DNA from: Vulcanimicrobiota bacterium
Lineage (GTDB): Bacteria > Vulcanimicrobiota > Xenobia > Xenobiales > JADMJV01
DNA length: 64,000 nt
Direction: 5' to 3'
NCBI GenBank assembly: GCA_050250895.1
Contig: JBFWNU010000009.1
Coordinates: 198,488-262,487 of the forward strand
The translations under genes and the position numbers were made by a program. The notes beneath the pieces were generated by a model. It worked only from the letters and a program-made list of their open reading frames with translations, searched no databases and was not told where the DNA came from. This document shows positions 31,991 to 38,887 of the stretch, one piece after another. Each line of letters starts with the position of its first letter. Position 1 is the first letter of the stretch.

Positions 31991-32881
31991 ATGAGCTTTC
32001 GTTACCAAGAGGCCGGCCTCAAAATCAGCTCGGAAATCGAGCTGCCCGAAGCCCGTTCTTTCTCGTTTGACGGCGATCCCGACCTGATCATCAGGCGCGG
32101 TCCGGTGCCCGAGCTGGACCAACCCTACCTTCAGGGAGGAGTCTTTCAGGCCGCCCGCGGGCTACTGCGCCTGGAACTAGACGGCGTCGCTCGTTACCTG
32201 GTGGAGCCAGGACAAATCCTGGTCGAACAGGCGGAACAGGCCGAAGATGCCGACATGCGGGTCTTTCTCCTGGGCTCTTGCCTGGGTGCGGCCCTCTACC
32301 TGGCAGGTCGCCTGGTATTGCACGCGAGTGCCGTCCGCCACCGGGGCAGGGCCCACCTTTTCGTCGGCCGCTCGAGCGTCGGCAAATCCGCTCTCGCCCT
32401 GGGCCTGAAGACCCACGGCTTGGAGCCTTTGACCGACGAATTGGCGGTCCTCCGGATTATTGACGGACACCCCCACCTCGAACCGACATTTGGCCATCTC
32501 AAGGTTTGGCACGATGTGCTGGTGCGAGAGAACTACCAACCCGACCAACTCCAGAGGGTGCGCAGCGGAGTGCTTCATCGCTACAAAGTGCCTTTCGAGC
32601 CGGCCGACGAAGCGTTACCAGTGGGGGCCATCCACCAATTGGGATGGTGGAACCAGGCTCACTTCGACTATCAGGAGATAGCCCCTCTGGAGCGCTTTAA
32701 TCGTCTGCTCCGAAACACATATCGTGGTGTCTATGCCGAAGGCCTGGGCCCGTCACGCCCGTATTTCGAAACCCTCAAGAGGGTTGCCGAGGTGATAACC
32801 GTTACTTCGCTCATCCGCCCCGACGCCGGAATCGACCGGCTGCGAGATTTTCCTGACTTCGTGGTGGAGAAGGTTCTATGA
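31991..32881 (+). CDS. HPr-kinase-like protein 2
   Basis: LHASAV, GRSSVGKS, TDE, LKVW; paralogous to 29250-30155. Confidence 0.82.
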   Translation: MSFRYQEAGLKISSEIELPEARSFSFDGDPDLIIRRGPVPELDQPYLQGGVFQAARGLLRLELDGVARYLVEPGQILVEQAEQAEDADMRVFLLGSCLGAALYLAGRLVLHASAVRHRGRAHLFVGRSSVGKSALALGLKTHGLEPLTDELAVLRIIDGHPHLEPTFGHLKVWHDVLVRENYQPDQLQRVRSGVLHRYKVPFEPADEALPVGAIHQLGWWNQAHFDYQEIAPLERFNRLLRNTYRGVYAEGLGPSRPYFETLKRVAEVITVTSLIRPDAGIDRLRDFPDFVVEKVL

Positions 32882-33747
32882 TCGTCTGGCTAGCTTCGTA
32901 CCCGAAGTCGGGCAACACCTGGTTTCGGGCTCTGCTTTCCAACTACTTGTCCGACTCGGATGAACCTGTAGATATCAACAAGATGGCCACCGGCCCCATC
33001 GCCAGTGCCAGGGTCTACTTCGACGAATGCATCGGAGTGGCGGCTTCGGATCTGACCTTCCCGGAAGTGGTGCGCCTACGTCCTCAGGTTTATCGGCAAC
33101 TGGCTCAGGGTCGCTCTTTTCCTCTCTTTGTGAAAGCCCACGATGCCTATCTCTACTCGCTCGAGGGCGACCCGGTCTTCCCCCCGGAAGCGACCCGAGC
33201 CGCACTCTACCTGGTGCGTAATCCGCTCGACGTTTGCATCTCTTATGCTCATCATAATGATTGCCCTATCGAGCAAGCCATCACGATGATGGCCGACCCA
33301 AAACACCAGTTGGCTCCCCGAGGCGGCGGACTTCCCGGCCAACTGCCCCAGCGGTTGGGTAGCTGGAGCGGCCACGTCCGAAGTTGGTTGCGTTCGAAAC
33401 TGCCTGTTCAGGTGATTCGCTACGAGGATCTCAAAGCCGACACTCAAGCCGTTTTCTCGAATGCCCTCGCCTTCTGCGGCCTCGAGTGCGACCCTGGTCG
33501 GGTGCGCAAAGCGGTCGAGTTCGCCGACTTCAAGAAACTCAAGCAACAAGAGAGCGAAAAGGGATTTCAGGAGAAACCCATCAACGCCAAGAGCTTTTTT
33601 CGCCAGGGCCGGAGCGGCGGTTGGCGAGACCAACTCACCCCCAACCAGGTGGAACAGATCGTCAGCGACCATAGCGAAGTGATGGCCGAACTCGGATATG
33701 AACTTCCGCAGGTCTTGCCAGGTTGCCGGGAGGGAAACAAAGAGTGA
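32878..33747 (+). CDS. PAPS-dependent sulfotransferase
   Basis: WLASYPKSGNTW, K.H, VRNPLD...S, RYEDL, FFRQG..GGW. Confidence 0.92.
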   Translation: MIVWLASYPKSGNTWFRALLSNYLSDSDEPVDINKMATGPIASARVYFDECIGVAASDLTFPEVVRLRPQVYRQLAQGRSFPLFVKAHDAYLYSLEGDPVFPPEATRAALYLVRNPLDVCISYAHHNDCPIEQAITMMADPKHQLAPRGGGLPGQLPQRLGSWSGHVRSWLRSKLPVQVIRYEDLKADTQAVFSNALAFCGLECDPGRVRKAVEFADFKKLKQQESEKGFQEKPINAKSFFRQGRSGGWRDQLTPNQVEQIVSDHSEVMAELGYELPQVLPGCREGNKE

Positions 33748-33763
33748 TGTCAAAAGGGCAGCG

Positions 33764-34045
33764 ATGAAATTAGACCTGTCTTCTATCCTTCGTAAGAGCG
33801 ACTCTCTTCTCGAGAGCGATCTTGGGGAAGAGAAGGTTATGATGAGTATCGAACGGGGGGAGTACTTCGGGCTCAACCACTCTGGCCGGTACTTGTTTGA
33901 TCTTTGTGATGGACAGAAGACCGTTGGCGAGATACTGGAGTGCGTTTCGGGGCAATACGACACTGCAGCAACCGATTGGCGCGATCAAAGCCACGCCTTC
34001 TTGAGCAGATTACTGCGAGATGGTATGGTCGAAATCGCCGACTAA
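33764..34045 (+). CDS. PqqD-family RiPP recognition element (lasso B1)
   Basis: DLGEEKVMMSIERGEYFGLN..G...DG..TV.EI...Y...FL..L...G. Confidence 0.9.
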   Translation: MKLDLSSILRKSDSLLESDLGEEKVMMSIERGEYFGLNHSGRYLFDLCDGQKTVGEILECVSGQYDTAATDWRDQSHAFLSRLLRDGMVEIAD

Positions 34046-34070
34046 GCAGTTCGAAAGGACGTTTTAGAAA

Positions 34071-34352
34071 ATGAAACGCAAGTGGGAAAATCCTATTGTC
34101 TATCGGATGGGTGTGCCTGGCACATTGGGCGGCATGTCCAAGATGGTCAACGAGGGCGGCCACGTGACGGCCACCACCGGCGCGGGCAAGGTCACTGCCT
34201 ATTGCCACGACAACTATGGTATTGGCAAGTCGAACGTCGGCTACACCAAGGTGCTGGTAACCGGGGGCGCGGGAGCTTCGGCCATGGTGCCGACCCTAAT
34301 CATGGCGCAGACCACCTGTGACGGCATCGGAACCGTTCCCGGTACCAGCTAG
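34071..34352 (+). CDS. Lasso-type precursor peptide, 93 aa (19-aa leader + 74-aa core)
   Basis: MKRK-WxxP leader, Thr at -2, core G1...E9, C-terminal Ser; AAGGA upstream; located between B1 and B2. Confidence 0.8.
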   Translation: MKRKWENPIVYRMGVPGTLGGMSKMVNEGGHVTATTGAGKVTAYCHDNYGIGKSNVGYTKVLVTGGAGASAMVPTLIMAQTTCDGIGTVPGTS

Positions 34353-34377
34353 AGGCTGACCGATCGCGGGCGCGAAG

Positions 34378-34806
34378 TTGTTCAAGCGCTTCGCAAGATT
34401 TCTTGGTCGCCCGTGGCGCGAAAAATCGCTCGCGCTTGAGGCCACTGTCTTTATGACTGTGGCCTTTTGCCTTGTGAAGGTCGTTCCGTTTCGAATCTAC
34501 TGCCGCCTTCTGGGCCAGGAGGGCATAGAGTGCGACCGCGAAGCCGACCTTTCCTTACTTCAACGGGTCGTCTGGGCCGTGAAGTTTGCCGACAGGCTGT
34601 TCTTGCGTCGCAGTGCGTGCCTGTCGCAAGCCATTACCGGAAAGTGGCTGCTGCAGCGTCGGCAGGTCGCCTCTACTCTCTATCTGGGCGTGGCTTTACA
34701 ACCTCAGGCCGGCATCAAAGCTCACGCCTGGTTGCGCTGTGGTAGTTACATCGTCACCGGCGGAGCAGGTAGAGAGGAATTCTCGGTTGTCGCTCGCTTT
34801 ACCTGA
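34378..34806 (+). CDS. Lasso peptide leader protease B2 (transglutaminase-like)
   Basis: CLSQA..LL.RR...LYLGV..IKAHAW...VTG. Confidence 0.92.
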   Translation: MFKRFARFLGRPWREKSLALEATVFMTVAFCLVKVVPFRIYCRLLGQEGIECDREADLSLLQRVVWAVKFADRLFLRRSACLSQAITGKWLLQRRQVASTLYLGVALQPQAGIKAHAWLRCGSYIVTGGAGREEFSVVARFT

Positions 34807-36469
34807 GCTGGCCGTGTTTGCGGGACATCTCGGTCCGGGTCAGGTCGAGTTGACCGCCCCGCTGGGGCAGCACTACGGATTCTCCTTCTTTAGCCATCGT
34901 CCGACCGAGCAACTGACCATCGCCCAGAGCGTTCCCAGCGGTTCTACCTTTGCCGGTGTAGCTCGGGCCCGCCTGGATAATCTTGAGGCGGTGAAGAGAC
35001 GCCTGGGTCTACCAGCCCCTGCCGACCTGGAACAAGTAATTTCGCACGGCTTTCGCTCGGACCAGGAGCGTTTCCCCGACGCCCTGCTGGGCGAGTTTTC
35101 ACTAGCCGTCTTCGACCAGGCCAACCACACCCTATGGTGTGCCCGAGACGCAGTCGGCGTCTTTCCTTTTTTCTACTGCCAGGCCGGTGAATCGTTCTTT
35201 TTTGCCTCCCACCTCGAGGCCTTGCTGGCTATACCCGCAGTTCCCGTCGAAGTCGACGAGGAGACGATAGCACGCTTTTTGCAACACCACCACTTTTTCC
35301 GGCCGCAGGCCACCTTTTTCAGACACATCAAGAGGCTACCTGCCGGCCATGCGCTGGCATTACGAGGGTGCAACCTCAAAATCACTCGCTATTTCCGGCC
35401 CGACGAGATCCCCGCCGTGCAACTGCCCAGCGAGGCGGACTATGTCCACCTGATCCACACCACCGTAGAGAAGGCGGTAGCGCGCCGGGCCACCGGGGCG
35501 GCTCACCTGGGGACCCACCTCAGCGGTGGGTTGGATAGCTCGCTACTGACGGTCTTTGCTGCCCAGGCCAATCCCAAGAAGCTGACCGGTTTCTCATGGT
35601 CTTTCCCTCCTCCTGATGGTGATGAGGCGCTGCCCGCCGAGGATGAGCGCTCCCGCGTCCTGGCCCTGGCCAAAAGACTTGAGATCGGATGCGAGTTCAC
35701 CGTTCGCTACGCCCATGAGATTCGCCACCATCTGCTTCAGGACCCCAGCCTGGAGCGCTCAGTGATGACTCACACCGAAGAACCGGTGGCTCGCCGAGCA
35801 TCTGAGCTAGGAGTGCAGGTCATCCTTTCCGGCTGGGGAGGCGACGAGTTTCTCAGCAGCAACGGCCGGGGGGTGTTAGCGCGGCAGTTGCTCAGGGGTC
35901 GCCTGCTGGAGGTTTTTCGCGAATGTCGAGCGGCGGCCAGGCGCAACGCTAGCACAATCGCACGCGAGGCCTGGGCTCGAGTGCTGCCCCCGCTACTACC
36001 CGACGCCCTCTATCGAAGGCGTTATCCAAATCAAACCGGAAAGACCTTCATCGACGCCGAATTTGCCGCCCGCATGCCGGTCGAAGAGCCGATGATTCGA
36101 GACCACATCGGGCTACGCGAAAACATGTTGCAACTATGGCGGCTCGGGCACCTCGGCCAGCGGGTCGAAAGCTGGGCAGCCCAGGGCCAACCGCTCGGGA
36201 TTGTTTACCGGTATCCCCTGCTGGATCGACAAGTGGTCGAACTGGCCTTCGCTCTCCCCGAGACGCTCTTTTTCCGAGCAGGCTTTTCTCGCTATATCTT
36301 CAGGAAGTTTGCCGAGCCGATGCTGGGATCAGATTGGGCATGGGGACGCCCCAAGCACGAAGTCACGCCCCTGCAGTTTCGCAAGGTACCCAACCTCGAT
36401 CCGAGTCCCGGCCTGGTAAGAGATTCGGTGCAGGCTCTGGCTGAGGCCCCCCCCGCATCACTACATTGA
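34787..36469 (+). CDS. Lasso cyclase (asparagine synthetase-like); probably continues to 36578 via a frameshift at a C8 run
   Basis: ARLDN, LLGEF, ARDAVG..P, LSGGLDSS, SGWGGDE, YPLLDR; TTG start at 34787 after GAGAGGA. Confidence 0.88.
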   Translation: MSLALPELAVFAGHLGPGQVELTAPLGQHYGFSFFSHRPTEQLTIAQSVPSGSTFAGVARARLDNLEAVKRRLGLPAPADLEQVISHGFRSDQERFPDALLGEFSLAVFDQANHTLWCARDAVGVFPFFYCQAGESFFFASHLEALLAIPAVPVEVDEETIARFLQHHHFFRPQATFFRHIKRLPAGHALALRGCNLKITRYFRPDEIPAVQLPSEADYVHLIHTTVEKAVARRATGAAHLGTHLSGGLDSSLLTVFAAQANPKKLTGFSWSFPPPDGDEALPAEDERSRVLALAKRLEIGCEFTVRYAHEIRHHLLQDPSLERSVMTHTEEPVARRASELGVQVILSGWGGDEFLSSNGRGVLARQLLRGRLLEVFRECRAAARRNASTIAREAWARVLPPLLPDALYRRRYPNQTGKTFIDAEFAARMPVEEPMIRDHIGLRENMLQLWRLGHLGQRVESWAAQGQPLGIVYRYPLLDRQVVELAFALPETLFFRAGFSRYIFRKFAEPMLGSDWAWGRPKHEVTPLQFRKVPNLDPSPGLVRDSVQALAEAPPASLH

Positions 36470-36582
36470 TTGGAAATCTCTTTTGGCCAGTTGGGAGGAT
36501 CCCACCGTTCGTGGAGAACTTCGCTCTCGCGCGCTACAAATGGCATTCTTGAATCCACAGCACAGGAGGAGGTGCTAGCCTG

Positions 36583-37749
36583 GTGTACAGTATCCACCAC
36601 TTCGGCCGCATGATGGTCGATCACGTTCGGACCCGCGAATTCAGAAAGGCCTTGGAGACAAACCTAAAGCCCGGTCAGGTCGTGTTGGACCTGGGGGCAG
36701 GCACCGGAATCTGGGCGCTGTTGGCCGCCAAAGCAGGGGCTGGCAAGGTCTACGCAGTCGAACCCAACGCGGCCATCGAGATCGGCCGCAGACTGGCGGC
36801 CGAGAATGGGCTTGCCGACAAGATTGAGTTCATCCAGGGGTTGTCGACCGACATCGAGTTGCCTCAGAAAGCTGATGGGGTGATCAGCGACCTCCGCGGG
36901 GTCATCCCCATCATCCAGGGCCACCTGGGCAGCATTGTCGACGCGCGGGCCCGACTGCTCAAGCCTGGCGCCTGGCAAATCGCCGAGAAAGACACGCTAT
37001 ATGCTTGCCTGGTCGAAAACCAGGCTGTACATGACAGCTTCGCCAGGCCCTGGAACGATCGTCGCTTCGAGCTCGATTTGCGGCTGGTTCTACCCTACGT
37101 CATGAACCAGCATCGAGCCTATCGTCGCAACCCCAGCGAGCGGCGCACTGAGCCCCGCGAACTCGCAACGCTGGATTATCGCTGCGATCTTGAGACCACC
37201 ATCCATGCCGAGGCCACCTGGCAGCTTGAATCGGATCTGATGGTCCACGGGGCGGTACTCTGGTTTGAGTCAGAACTGGGTGGAGGGGCACGCTTTAGCA
37301 CCTGCCCCTTTCTAGAGCCGAACGAACGAGCCTGGATCTATGGAAACATGCTGTTGCCCTTCGAAGAGCCGTTGGCCCTGAAGGCGGGAGATACCGCAGA
37401 CTTCCAATTCAAGGCTCTCGACTCCCAGAATGGGTATCAGTATTTCTGGCAGCTTGAATCGGGCTCCGAACGCCGTCGCCAGAGTACCTTTCTGGGCCAG
37501 TTGCGAGTTCCGGGCGAGAGTCATAGGATCTCCGAGAACTTTCGCCCGCAGCTCAACCGCAGGGCTGAACTTGAGCGGTGCGCCCTCAACCTACTTGCGG
37601 AAGGAGCCTCCACCCAGGAGGTGGCAATGCGTCTGCAGGAGGAATTTCCCCGCAACTTCAAAGACTACCAGGCCGCCCTAAATCATGTCTGCCGGCTTGG
37701 GGCGAAATGGTTCAGCAACACTCAAATCGACGACCAGAGCCACAGCTAG
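36583..37749 (+). CDS. PRMT-like class I SAM methyltransferase
   Basis: MMVDHVR, VLDLGAGTGI, VYAVE, ADGVISD, LLKPG, HG..LWF beta-barrel motif. Confidence 0.82.
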   Translation: MYSIHHFGRMMVDHVRTREFRKALETNLKPGQVVLDLGAGTGIWALLAAKAGAGKVYAVEPNAAIEIGRRLAAENGLADKIEFIQGLSTDIELPQKADGVISDLRGVIPIIQGHLGSIVDARARLLKPGAWQIAEKDTLYACLVENQAVHDSFARPWNDRRFELDLRLVLPYVMNQHRAYRRNPSERRTEPRELATLDYRCDLETTIHAEATWQLESDLMVHGAVLWFESELGGGARFSTCPFLEPNERAWIYGNMLLPFEEPLALKAGDTADFQFKALDSQNGYQYFWQLESGSERRRQSTFLGQLRVPGESHRISENFRPQLNRRAELERCALNLLAEGASTQEVAMRLQEEFPRNFKDYQAALNHVCRLGAKWFSNTQIDDQSHS

Positions 37750-38064
37750 CCAGGGCGACGTCGTCTTGAATCTTGGCTTCGGGGCCTGCAACGGCTCGGC
37801 CAGCAAGCCTGCTCCGGCAAGCGAATGCAGGGCTAGAAGCGTCACCTTGCGGGCGTCCGCAAAGGGAAGCGGCAGCTGCAAACGTTCGACCAACTGATAG
37901 AGGGGCTGAGCCTGATCACAAGCCTGCAGACACTTCCCTAGCCAGCCTGGCAGCGCAATCAATCGACTGACTCGAGGTAGATAGGCCAGCATTTCGTCGT
38001 CGCCATCCCAACAAAAGACGTCGCGGCAAGTCGGAGGGACCATGATGGGTTCAGGCATAAGCAT
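37678..38064 (-). CDS. Divergent PqqD/RRE-like protein
   Basis: DEMLAY..SRLIAL...CLQACD...LYQLVERL...LLALHSLAGAGLL resembles RRE topology. Confidence 0.5.
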   Translation of the reverse strand: MLMPEPIMVPPTCRDVFCWDGDDEMLAYLPRVSRLIALPGWLGKCLQACDQAQPLYQLVERLQLPLPFADARKVTLLALHSLAGAGLLAEPLQAPKPRFKTTSPWLAVALVVDLSVAEPFRPKPADMI

Positions 38065-38887
38065 CTTGGCCCGGACTGATGCGCTTGACTCGGGTCGGAG
38101 AGTCAAACAACGAACACTGCTGGAATAGTTTTTGCTCTCCTGAAAAACCCAGCCACGTCCAGGTGTAGCCCTCTCGGGTTAGATTGCCGCTCAGCGAAAG
38201 TCTGAGCCTCTGTCCGGCAGTCACCTGCACGGGACCGCATAGCGGCAGGCGAAGGCAGACGCCGAACAGATCGGCGCCTCGAAGACGAAGCACCAGAGAA
38301 CCGATGGTCGCGGGTCGTTCGGCCTCAAGGCAAGCCTGGCGCGAAAAGCGACTCAGGCGTTCATCTCGCAAGCTGAGGCTTCTCAGAGAACGGAACTCCA
38401 GGTCGGGCGGTGGGTCCAAAGGGGAAACGCGATTGGCCAGGTAGGACTTCCAACCGTCATAGCATAGCTCGCCCGCGGGAAACGGGACGGTTTCTTCGAG
38501 CAGGGCCACTTCGAGAGTCATCTGGTCCGCCAGAAGATTAGGCTCGGCCCCGATCTGCTCGAAGGCTTGAATCAGAAATGGGTCAAGCCCTCCCCGAGCG
38601 AGGGGCCAGTAGAAAACACAGTGAAAGGTCTCGGACGGATAGAGAGCGGGCAGCCCGGTCCGACCCTCGAAGCGAGCCTCTACATTGTTGTCTCTTGCCA
38701 ACACCCTGGCCATCTCGACCTGCTCTGATGATCCGTAGAAGACTGCTTTCTCGGCCCCGGCCCGAAGAGCCACTACCGAGGCCAGGCCCGCGCCGCAACT
38801 CAGCTCGAGCAGCTTCGTGCTGGGCTCGATGCGGGCTCGCAAACGGTCGAGACAACCAGCTTGAGGAAGAGCGAATGGATGCACCAT
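38051..38887 (-). CDS. Degenerate PRMT-like methyltransferase paralogue
   Basis: LLELSCGAGL..VALRAGAEK, MARVLARDN; C-terminal GYTWTW..FQQCSLF parallels GYQYFW..RQSTFL of 36583-37749. Confidence 0.6.
   Translation of the reverse strand: MVHPFALPQAGCLDRLRARIEPSTKLLELSCGAGLASVVALRAGAEKAVFYGSSEQVEMARVLARDNNVEARFEGRTGLPALYPSETFHCVFYWPLARGGLDPFLIQAFEQIGAEPNLLADQMTLEVALLEETVPFPAGELCYDGWKSYLANRVSPLDPPPDLEFRSLRSLSLRDERLSRFSRQACLEAERPATIGSLVLRLRGADLFGVCLRLPLCGPVQVTAGQRLRLSLSGNLTREGYTWTWLGFSGEQKLFQQCSLFDSPTRVKRISPGQDAYA

Noticed and set aside
34082-34321. Alternative 79-aa ORF as precursor
   Set aside because: Off-frame inside the 93-aa ORF and lacks the WxxP, T-2 and G1-E9 features.
34586-34786. Longer N-terminus for the cyclase from the ORF track
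   Set aside because: It overlaps the catalytic half of B2; TTG at 34787 has an SD and fits better.
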